Shown: piece by piece, positions 29,854-39,015 of the stretch | How the letters are laid out: each line of letters opens with the position of its first letter | Numbering within the stretch: position 1 is the first letter of the stretch | Assembly: GCF_026571515.1 (NCBI RefSeq) | Contig: NW_026865315.1 | Coordinates: 62,001 to 126,000 of the forward strand | DNA length: 64,000 bases | From: Ruditapes philippinarum | Lineage: Eukaryota | Direction of reading: 5' to 3' | Notes under the pieces: generated by a model | What the model was told of the DNA's origin: nothing | Database searches by the model: none | Seen by the model: only the letters and a program-made list of their open reading frames with translations | Position numbers and translations under genes: made by a program

Positions 29854-30046
29854 GAGCCGCGTCACTACAAAACCAACATAGTGCGTTTGTGACCAGCATG
29901 GATCCAGATCAGGATCCATGCTGTTCGCTATCAGTTTCTCTACTTGCGAACAGCATGGATCCTGGTCAGACTGCGCGGATGCACAGGCTGGTCTGGATCA
30001 ATGCTGGTCGCAAACCCATTATGTTGGTTTTGTCGTGACGCGGCTC
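29854..30046. mobile_element. Palindromic MITE, copy 2 (internal deletions), probably in the HSPA12 5' UTR intron
   Basis: GAGCCGCGTCAC...GTGACGCGGCTC termini; same family as 6773-7004. Confidence 0.8.
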
Positions 30047-30405
30047 ATTTATTTTTTAAAACAATAGCGCAATGCTTACCGTATTAAAACCTTAACATAA
30101 AAAATTGTTCATGAATGAGGATATGTTACAAGTATCTACCTGTACAAATGATTGAGTTGTATGTTAAGGATGTGAAACAACTTCCTTGTTTGTTTCTCGT
30201 TAAAAAAATTTATTCTCTGAATATAAATATCTTCCTGGTCTGAAGCTAATCCCAATCGTAACTCAAATCTTTACAACTATGACCTTAAAATTACGTATAT
30301 TAACTTTTTAACAAATTTTCTATTCCGTTTGTGCTACCAAATATTCAAATACTGCATTTGTTTAGAAAACCTTTGAAACTTCTAAACGTATGGTATGTTT
30401 TGTTT

Positions 30406-30439
30406 ACTTTCGGTTTTCAGAACGCTTACTTTCGCTTTT
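30406..30439 (-). promoter_or_regulatory. Pair of IRF/ISRE-like elements upstream of HSPA12
   Basis: Minus-strand GAAAACCGAAAGT (30406-30418) and AAAAGCGAAAGT (30428-30439), 22 bp apart; match the IRF consensus AAA-NN-GAAA. Confidence 0.5.
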
Positions 30440-31590
30440 AAGAACGGAAAACAGAAGTATTGGTTCTAGCAATGAACATGATAACATAAAAGAACTAGCT
30501 TGATTTAACATTTTAAGATCCATTTAATTTGGTAAAATACATCTACAATATAAAATATCTCTACTCCAGTCTGAACATTTTAAACAAACTGGAAGGCTTT
30601 CAGTCGGAAATAGAATCATCGTAGTTACTGTCATATCATATGATTATTTTAATTTAATAATCTACAATAAATCCCCCATTTAAACAAGTTAATCTACCTT
30701 GTTATGTTGAAATATATTATTATGACTTACGCGCTGCCACCGTTGAAATGATATCTAATTTACTTCCTATTTTACGACTTCTACGAAACCGCCAAGGTAT
30801 TTATCAATAACGAAACCATAAATAAAGTGGCAACGTCGCATATTAGTAGTTTAATGTAAACCTTGTGTAAAATCGGGTTTAAAATGTTATTTAATCAATA
30901 TTAAAGCTTTCGAATTTATACAATGACTTTTTTACATTGAAAATAGTATTTGAAAGATATACTTATGTCAAGACTTCATGACATGCATTTCCAATTTTAA
31001 AATCATGTCAAATGTTTAAGCTAATATAATAGTATTGTCAATTTTAAAAGTAAGAAATAAAATAAGAATTATATTCAAAATTATATGATTAGATTGGTAA
31101 TTACAGTAATTTTATATTTATAACATACTTTAAAAATCATCCTTATTGATCTTGTATCATTTATCTTCGTAAACAAGTATACTTGTAAAACTAATTACAA
31201 GTAATTCATAACACTTATGGTAGCTGTGAATCGAGATATATATAATAATGTTTATATATTATGTAATTACCTTATTAAAATTATACTTATAATTAGATAC
31301 TCTTAAAGAATTTTGCACTATGGTACAGTTAAGGGACACTATTGAGAAAAAAAACGAAACAAAAAATGTATAGGATTTTTATTCAAGTGTATTTTATGAT
31401 AAATTCCGTCGGACTGGTAAATCAAAACTGTCCATTGTTGACAGATTTCTTACAATGAAGAGATACGAAAGTTTTGCTTTCAAATATCGAACCTAAGCAA
31501 TGCAATACAAGACAGGCGTGTTTTGATGTCTTTTTTATTCAAGTATGATACCAACAAACTTTCTTTAAAGGCAATGCATACATACTACAG

Positions 31591-31814
31591 AAATGTATTT
31601 TATGTGTCATAAAATTATTTATATGCAAGACAACATAATTCTTAATATCATTCACTTTACTTTTCTGTAAATCCGCATATATCTTATGCACTGCAGATAG
31701 AGGTCCGCATACCGAAGTTTCGTTACCGACAAATAAACGGTGCATTTATAATTAGCCTACGTCACTTCGCGTACCTCAGTGAACAGTGAACAAAGAAACT
31801 CGCATTTGCTTTTC
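31591..31814 (+). repeat. Split direct repeat A1
   Basis: Matches 42703-42920 except for a 1-nt indel and a 7-nt CAGTGAA duplication. Confidence 0.95.
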
Positions 31815-32246
31815 TCTCAATCAAATTGTGTATTACTTTTGTTTTTCTACATTTACATTTAAATAATCAGCGGAATTGTATCATCGACGTCTTTGGGTAT
31901 TATATTTCACCGTGTTTACGTGGATATAAACTTATCTAGACTGCTTACGAAGGATTTTTATCGACCAAAATTTTCAAACAAAGGAAGTAGGTCAACAGGG
32001 ACGCTTCAACCGAACAACTATCTATCTATCTCTGGATACTGCCAACCCCTCTTACGAGTGTTAAAGGCAGGAATTTAGTGCACGTCGGATTGTTAGTAAA
32101 AGGTGAAGAGAAAAGCTAAAAAGAAAAGTCCAAACATTGACATGCTTGGAAGGTGAGACTGAGAATGTATTCTAGTCATGGTTAAAATGTTAATAGTGAA
32201 ACAAGATGATAAGAGATAAAATAGTTTAAAAACACTGGGAGTAAGA

Positions 32247-35200
32247 CTAGTACTGCAAACCCACCACTGCCTGTTTGAACTGACTCAGGTTGGGCAGGGT
32301 GGCAATGTTACTAGGAAGTTTATTCCATAGTATAATGCTATGAGGGAAGAAAGAGTACTTATGGTAGTCGGAGGATACCTGTATTTGACGTAGGGATAAG
32401 GGATGCATATGTCTGGTTAATCTATGTGGGGTTTGAACATAAGTTGGGAGATTAATTGCAACTAGGTTATGGTATATCTTATAAAACATTATCAGTCTAC
32501 AGTCCAGTCTGCGATGTTCAAGGGATCGCCAGCCCAGTTCTTCCTGCATGGCTGTGACACTAGAGTGAGGGGAGTAATCCCTTTTAACCCATCTTATTGC
32601 ACGTCTCTGGATCATCTCAACTTTGTCAATATTGGTTTTAGCATAAGGAGACCAAATAGATGAGGCATATTCAACCTGTGGGCGGACCAGGGACTTGTAT
32701 GCTAGTTCTTTTACTTTCTCATTTTTAGTGATGACATTTCTTTTAATAAAGCCAAGGGATCTGTTTGCATTGGAAGTTATTCGAGATATATGTGTATTAA
32801 ATTTAAGGTCAGCAGATAGATCTAGTCCGAGATATTTAGCATTTGTAACAGACTCTAGGATTTGGCCATGGAGCATATATTTGTGTTTAATTATGGTCTT
32901 ATTTTTGGTGATATGGATGACTTGGCATTTTGAAGGGTTAAACTCCATGTCCCACTGCTTCTCCCACAGAACCATATTGTCTAGATCATGTTGGAGAGTT
33001 GGGGGGTCTGAGGAGGAATTGATGGTTAGGTATACAGCAGTGTCGTCTGCAAATAATCTGACTTGGGATTTGAGGACAGAAGATGGTAACTTGTTGATAT
33101 ATAGAAGGAAACAGAGGGGCCCTAGGACCGAGCCTTGGGGCACTCCAGAGGTAACTGGGACTTCAGATGAGCAGTCACTATCCACAACTACTGTCTGTCT
33201 ACGGCCAATAAGGAATGACTGTATCCAGTTTAGAATTTGAGGACAAACACCATGTTCTTGCAGGGTATCTAGGAGTTTAAGATGGTTTACTTTATCGAAA
33301 GCTTTGGAGAAGTCAAGAAGTATGAGATCTGTTTGTTTGCCATTTGAAAGGTTGTTCACAAAGTAATCAGTAAGTTCAATGAGTTGTGTCTCACATGATC
33401 GTCTTACTCTGAATCCATGCTGAAGATCAAAGAGTATGTTGTGGGTGGTAAAGTGAGAGGATAGTTGAGAGGCAACTATATGTTCGAGTGTTTTACAGAG
33501 GATGCATGTAAGGGAAATTGGGCGATAGTTTGCTGGATCACTTGTATCACCTTTTTTGTAGACAGGGCATACGTTTGCACGGGTCCAGTCATTGGGAATA
33601 TTACCGGTGGTCAGGGATTTTTGGAAAAGAACTGCAACGATGTCAGCAATCTCTTCTCTCAGCTCCTTCAGGACAATTGGTCTAATGTTGTCAGGGCCGG
33701 CAGCTTTGTTGGCATTGAGGTTGGCGAGGAGCTTTAGTACACCTGCCCTACCGATGATGATGTCATTCATTTGTGGGTACTGACAATACTTTCTGGGATC
33801 CATGAGTCTCAGTTTTTGTATACATTGATCTTTAAGTGTGAGTGGTATAATTGGTGAGAAAACTGATTGAAATTGTTTGTTAAGAATGTTTGCTTTTTCA
33901 GTGTTATTAATTTTGAGAGAACCTGACTTTTGATCTTTTAATGGAGACACACTTTGTGAATCTTGTTTAGAGTTTTTTATAAGTGAGTATAGTTTTTTGG
34001 TACAAACTTTACTTTGTGTATTAGTTTCATCATCATCATCTGCAAGGTTCAGGATGTTTTCTAAGTAAGCTTCATATGATTGTTTAATTCTAGCTTTTAT
34101 TTGCGATTTCAAATTTTTAAATTTTAGCCATTGATCATGATCAGATTTATTTTTATTTGTTTTTGGTTTTTTAATATTTTTATAGAGCTGATCTCTTTTA
34201 TGAATTAATTTTTTAATGGATTTTGTTATCCAGGGCAAAGATGGTTTAGCTGTAATTCTTTTAGTGGGTATGAATTTTGATATGCCATCCTCAAGTGTGT
34301 GTTTGAACTGCGACCAAAGTTCTTCAACAGACAAAGATTCAGCTTTTTGAAGTATTTCAGATGTTGAGGTTTTAATGAAGGTTTTCAACTCAGTCCAATT
34401 TGCCTTTTTATACAAGGTGCAAGTACGAGGTTTTTGTTTGAGGAGGGTAGGCCTAGAAGATATTTCTGTGGATATGATGTCATGATCTGATATGCCAGGT
34501 ATGACCTTGACATTGTTAACAAGAGTGTGGTTTGAAATGAGCAATAGGTCAAGAATATTGTCATTTCGTGTACTTTCATTGACCATTTGTACGAGGTTAT
34601 GATCATCAATGATCTTCAGGAATTTATCATACACAGGACTTGTGTTTAAGCCTTCTTTAAGATATGGTGTATGTTCAGAGTCCCAATTTAATTTTGGGAG
34701 GTTAAAATCGCCAAGGATTAACTTTGTACCTTTTAAGTTACGCACAAGTTCAAGGGATTTTTCAAATTCTAAAATACTATTCATATCAAGTTCGTGTGGT
34801 TTGTAATAAGATGCCAGAAAGAGTGACTTACTACCTTTGATTTCTATTTTTATCCATATTATTTCACAATCGGTGTTCAGTTTTGGTTGTTCACTTGGTA
34901 GGAGGTTGTTTTTAACAAGGATAAACACTCCACCGCCCTTACCTTTGAGTCTGTCACGGCGAAAAACTGTGTAGCCGAGTTCAGGTGGGAAAATTTCACT
35001 GTTATAGTGTTCTTTATTTAGCCATGACTCTGTGGCTGTAACAATATCTGGGTTTTGATCTATTAATAAATTTTGAAATTCATGTTTTTTGTTGACTATT
35101 GACTGGCAGTTTATGCATATAATTTTCAGTTTGGATACATAATCAATTTGTTTTTGTTTTGGATTTTTGGGATTTATAGAGCTAGGTGTATCTGTATTTT

Positions 35201-35735
35201 CATCTACTAGAGGTGAGAAGCTGTTATGTGATGAGATTGAGAGGATGCTTGAAATATTCGAAAGATTTGATTCATCACATATTGTACATGTCCATGCAAA
35301 GGATGTATTGCTATTGGTTAGATCTTGGTACCATGTGCTGTTCAACCCTTGACATTGTATGTGGAACCACATACAGCAATTATCACATTCAACAGCATGG
35401 TCAGAATCTTTGACCTCAGACCCACAGCTTCCACAAGGATAATCCGGGCCAGGGTTCCGTTCAACATCGCATGAAATAGACAGCAGTAGTATGACTAGAT
35501 GTGATAAGGTCTTACTTCTATGAATTTTGGTGGGAATTTGGTGGCGTCTAAACCTAAGTTTCAGGTTGCCTACAATAATTCCACACGAGGAGATTTTTGA
35601 CGGCGACATTGCGTTTGGCAGGATGGAGGGCCTAGGATGTAGGGTAATGTTGGTTCTGATGAAATTATCTGGTACATTCACCATATAAAGTAATGTCGAG
35701 AGAAAAAGAAGGGATATAAAAATACCTACAAACAT
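32247..35735 (-). CDS. LINE polyprotein: hydrophobic leader, 2A-like motif, PHD finger, APE endonuclease, reverse transcriptase (1162 aa from the first ATG)
   Basis: PHD CGSC...CDNC..WFH..C...WTCTIC; APE motifs NCQS, TESW, GDFN, SDH; RT motifs YRPISL, QHGFR, DFSKAFD, GVPQGSVLGP, LFADD; no stops. Confidence 0.95.
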   Translation of the reverse strand: MFVGIFISLLFLSTLLYMVNVPDNFIRTNITLHPRPSILPNAMSPSKISSCGIIVGNLKLRFRRHQIPTKIHRSKTLSHLVILLLSISCDVERNPGPDYPCGSCGSEVKDSDHAVECDNCCMWFHIQCQGLNSTWYQDLTNSNTSFAWTCTICDESNLSNISSILSISSHNSFSPLVDENTDTPSSINPKNPKQKQIDYVSKLKIICINCQSIVNKKHEFQNLLIDQNPDIVTATESWLNKEHYNSEIFPPELGYTVFRRDRLKGKGGGVFILVKNNLLPSEQPKLNTDCEIIWIKIEIKGSKSLFLASYYKPHELDMNSILEFEKSLELVRNLKGTKLILGDFNLPKLNWDSEHTPYLKEGLNTSPVYDKFLKIIDDHNLVQMVNESTRNDNILDLLLISNHTLVNNVKVIPGISDHDIISTEISSRPTLLKQKPRTCTLYKKANWTELKTFIKTSTSEILQKAESLSVEELWSQFKHTLEDGISKFIPTKRITAKPSLPWITKSIKKLIHKRDQLYKNIKKPKTNKNKSDHDQWLKFKNLKSQIKARIKQSYEAYLENILNLADDDDETNTQSKVCTKKLYSLIKNSKQDSQSVSPLKDQKSGSLKINNTEKANILNKQFQSVFSPIIPLTLKDQCIQKLRLMDPRKYCQYPQMNDIIIGRAGVLKLLANLNANKAAGPDNIRPIVLKELREEIADIVAVLFQKSLTTGNIPNDWTRANVCPVYKKGDTSDPANYRPISLTCILCKTLEHIVASQLSSHFTTHNILFDLQHGFRVRRSCETQLIELTDYFVNNLSNGKQTDLILLDFSKAFDKVNHLKLLDTLQEHGVCPQILNWIQSFLIGRRQTVVVDSDCSSEVPVTSGVPQGSVLGPLCFLLYINKLPSSVLKSQVRLFADDTAVYLTINSSSDPPTLQHDLDNMVLWEKQWDMEFNPSKCQVIHITKNKTIIKHKYMLHGQILESVTNAKYLGLDLSADLKFNTHISRITSNANRSLGFIKRNVITKNEKVKELAYKSLVRPQVEYASSIWSPYAKTNIDKVEMIQRRAIRWVKRDYSPHSSVTAMQEELGWRSLEHRRLDCRLIMFYKIYHNLVAINLPTYVQTPHRLTRHMHPLSLRQIQVSSDYHKYSFFPHSIILWNKLPSNIATLPNLSQFKQAVVGLQY
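35445..35468 (-). other. 2A-like ribosomal stop-go motif DVERNPG/P
   Basis: LVILLLSISC-DVERNPGP fits D(V/I)ExNPGP with the usual upstream hydrophobic helix. Confidence 0.85.
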
Positions 35736-36007
35736 ATTGTTTACCTTTTTCTCCCACCGGAAGTTGGACAATAAAAGGTCAAGGTTGGTCTGGCGGGAAA
35801 ATTTTTTGACAGAATAGATACCTGTGACTATACTTTGGGTGTTAATTTAACAATGGATGAATGAAACTTTCATTAGATTTCTTCATTCAACGTTCTGAAC
35901 AGCAGCAGAAATGCAGTAACAGTCCGAAACACAGTGTTTACAGAGTTTTTTATGAGAGCTACGGAAATCAGCTGTTAGCAATCCGACGCATGCGCACAAC
36001 TACAACT

Positions 36008-36613
36008 ATGTCAACAACAAAGGTTTTATTATATGGTCATTCATTTGTGTCTCATTTAAAACTTTTCATTCGGAATGAACATGATCTTTCGTATTCATTT
36101 AATTTGGACCCAGCTCATTACATGGTGCAGTTTTCTGCATTCCCAGGATCAACCGTGTCGAAATTGGCTCGAAGCAGCTCGTTGGAAATTGTGAAGGATT
36201 TTGAACCTGACATTGTGCTTTTAATGATAGGAACGTGTGATCTTTACCAAACGGGCAATTATCCAGAACGTATAGCACAGGACATATGCATTCTTACGGA
36301 AAAACTATACAATGTGTACAAAGTGAAATATGTGGTCGTTTTACAAACATTACACAGAATAACCCCACGTGTTTTGTTTAAATATCCGGTGGACTGCAAA
36401 TTATTTAACAGTCAGGTGGACACATTCAACCATCATTTACATTCCCATTTGCCTAAAGGATACTCCAGATTGTGGCGATTGAAAGGCTTTTGGACAGAAA
36501 CAAATCAACAGAGGGTATTTGCTGCAGACGGCACACACTTATCTCCCCTGGGGAACAGAAAACTGTACAACAATGTTAGAGCAGCCATTATCAGTGTAAC
36601 AAAGGATTTATAA
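36008..36613 (+). CDS. SGNH/GDSL hydrolase ORF of the YR retrotransposon (native start probably MSTTKVLLYGHSF)
   Basis: Block I YGHSF, block II FPG, block III IGTCDL, block V ADGTHLS. The 49 codons upstream in the ORF track lie almost entirely inside the LINE 5' UTR. Confidence 0.85.
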   Translation: MSTTKVLLYGHSFVSHLKLFIRNEHDLSYSFNLDPAHYMVQFSAFPGSTVSKLARSSSLEIVKDFEPDIVLLMIGTCDLYQTGNYPERIAQDICILTEKLYNVYKVKYVVVLQTLHRITPRVLFKYPVDCKLFNSQVDTFNHHLHSHLPKGYSRLWRLKGFWTETNQQRVFAADGTHLSPLGNRKLYNNVRAAIISVTKDL

Positions 36614-37092
36614 ATCAAGATATGTATACATTCCATACACTGCTAGATTTTTTTTTTTTTTTCTTTAAATATCTTATCTCTCAAGACTTATAATGTCTTT
36701 ATCAAATCATTATTATCAGGATTTGAAACTGTATATCATACTATATAGCAATAGCTACATATACATAAATTTTTTTTATATTTTCTAGAGGCTTATGTAC
36801 ATGTAGATCTACTAGCTTAAAGAACCACAAGTAAAATTTACCTTATGATCCGTACATGTATTTTTCACATATACATATTTTAATTCATTTAAGTGCAGTC
36901 ATACAGCATTTATTTAGTATATCTTCTGATGTTCTAGATTCCCTCAAGGATTTAATTTACCTTTGGAATCTAATGACCCAGAATATTTTAGTTTCACACT
37001 ATAGTAAGAGTGTTTCATAGACAAAACATATTTCAGTACAGTTTATATATTTGATGAGCTAGATCATGCACTTGGGCTGGTCTGATGTTCCA

Positions 37093-37378
37093 ATATAGTA
37101 ATAGATTATGCCTGATGGCGATGATTACATTAACTCTATAGTAACAGAGTATGCCATATAAATGGCGATGATTACATTAACTCTATAGTAACAGAGTATG
37201 CCTTAAAAATGGCGATGATTACATTAACTCTATAGTAACAGAGTATGCCTTATAAATGGCGATGATAACATTTACTCTATAGTAACAGAGTATGCCTTAT
37301 AAATGGCGATGATTACACTTACTCTATAGTCGCCTTATTGCGATGATTAACACTAATATATAGTAACAGTGTTATTGT
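37093..37378 (+). repeat. 47-bp tandem array (about 6 copies) between SGNH and gag
   Basis: ATGGCGATGATTACATTAACTCTATAGTAACAGAGTATGCC units start at 37115, 37162, 37209, 37256, 37303, with degenerate ends. Confidence 0.95.
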
Positions 37379-37869
37379 ACATTACTAATAACAAATGTAT
37401 ATATTTTTTGATGAACCAGATCAATTTATAGGTAAATTTCCTAATTTGGTCCGATGTTCCAAAATTTTTCTACTTTCTACTTTCTTTTACAGAGTACATG
37501 TATAATGTACATACATATCTAAAGTAATACATAAAGTTCATTTCATATACAAATCTCCTCCGCAAACATTTTTAGTCTTAAATAATAATCAAATTTCTGG
37601 AACGACAAACAGATTTCATTAACGTTAATATATTACTTTAAACCTGATTGTATAGGTTTTTATATATACTATATTTATATTATATTAAAAAATATTTTCA
37701 ATACATCTTTGTAGTGGTACTGCTTTTTACTACTTATCTAATTTACTGTATTATACAAGAATATTCATATATTATACCTAGAGAGGGTTATCTTTTATTT
37801 TTATTAAGATATTTGTTCTTTGTTTTAATGTTTTATAAATTTTTGTAGGTAAAACGGACCCGGTCAGGC

Positions 37870-39015
37870 ATGGAGGCTAGTACAGAAGCCTCTGATAGCC
37901 GAGCTCAGAAAAGGAAATCAACTAAAATACAGACAAAACGAGGACAGAGAAAATCTTCCTCTACCAATGTAAAATCGCTTTTAAAAACAGGAACTAAAAT
38001 CGGTTCAAATAAAGACATTAATAGAAGCAGAAGAGCACCCCCTCCCAGAAAGAAGGCTAAGAGTAAGAACCAATCAATGCCGGTAGACCCCACAGAAGAT
38101 GATATCTCAGTGGAAACTGACCAAGAATCCTCAACATCCAGTGATGGTTCAGATTCAGACATGGATGATGTGAATTTCAGTCAAATTACGGCTAATCACA
38201 CAAATAATTTCTTTCAAAATGGTGGGTATGATGGCACTCTTCTAAATACACCCATTTCTACCCCTATTTCCCCACAGATTAACAAAAAACTAAAGAATAA
38301 AATCTGGTCTGACGCATACATTGATATGGCAGACCTTCTACCAATGCAACCCTCATCCACCAATACCAATCAATTTACGCTTCAAATAAACAACTTCGCC
38401 TCAAATAACGTAAGCCTAGCTCCATCTCACAAACCCAGAAAAATTTTCAACATTGAGACTTGGACAACTGCCTTTCTGCGATTTGTAGCTGTTTATTCGG
38501 AAAAATTTCCATACTTAACAGCTGCTCTGATGAAATATGCTGAAGTAGTCCGGGATATATCAACCCGTCGACCAGGACTGGCGTGGCAAAATTATGACAC
38601 ACAGTTCCGATTACTGAAATCCCAGATGGGCATGCCTTGGGATACAATGCATTACGAACTTTGGTTAAAGGCATGCACCGATCCAACTCCCTATACGCAG
38701 TCAAGTCCCCGGCCCTTTCGTTCAGAATTCCCATCAAATAGACGCTGGAACAAACCTAAACCTTCCCAACCCTTGTCAAAGTTTTGGCCAAATACATGCT
38801 GGCCTTACAATAGACAAGACTGCAGGTCAACTAACTGCACATTACCCCATGTCTGTGGTTTCTGTAAAGGTACCCATCATGCAGGCCAGTGCCATTATCG
38901 AAACAGAGAGCATGCAGCTCAATCCCTCCTCGGCCAAAACCAAGGGAAACAATCCAATTTCACCAAACCACAGTCTGTTAAATATGTGCAAAAACCAGCT
39001 TCCCACCCCCATTGA
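37870..39015 (+). CDS. Gag-like ORF of the YR retrotransposon
   Basis: Basic then acidic N-terminus; YIDMADLL, WTTAFLRF, WQNYDTQFR; C-terminal CCCH plus CCHC-type Cys/His cluster (CWPYN...C....C..PHVCGFCKGTHHAGQC). Confidence 0.88.
   Translation: MEASTEASDSRAQKRKSTKIQTKRGQRKSSSTNVKSLLKTGTKIGSNKDINRSRRAPPPRKKAKSKNQSMPVDPTEDDISVETDQESSTSSDGSDSDMDDVNFSQITANHTNNFFQNGGYDGTLLNTPISTPISPQINKKLKNKIWSDAYIDMADLLPMQPSSTNTNQFTLQINNFASNNVSLAPSHKPRKIFNIETWTTAFLRFVAVYSEKFPYLTAALMKYAEVVRDISTRRPGLAWQNYDTQFRLLKSQMGMPWDTMHYELWLKACTDPTPYTQSSPRPFRSEFPSNRRWNKPKPSQPLSKFWPNTCWPYNRQDCRSTNCTLPHVCGFCKGTHHAGQCHYRNREHAAQSLLGQNQGKQSNFTKPQSVKYVQKPASHPH

Larger units (their letters stand above)
32022..36001 (-). mobile_element. 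Full-length single-ORF non-LTR retrotransposon (CR1/L2-group, CR1-Zenon-like)
   Basis: TSD ACAACTAT at 32014-32021 and 36002-36009; (GATA)n 3' tail at 32018-32030; 3' stem-loop at 32039-32070; intact ORF. Confidence 0.88.

Noticed and set aside
32469-35413. Plus-strand ORFs up to 181 aa opposite the LINE ORF, and similar shadows in HSPA12, gag and YR
   Set aside because: Antisense shadows of real coding sequence with no recognisable motifs.
35736-35771. TTG start given for the LINE ORF in the track
   Set aside because: Eukaryotic context; the first in-frame ATG is at 35735.
37050-37130. Hammerhead ribozyme or SECIS element
   Set aside because: No CUGAUGA plus GAAA core, and the helix register does not fit a SECIS quartet with an apical AAR loop.
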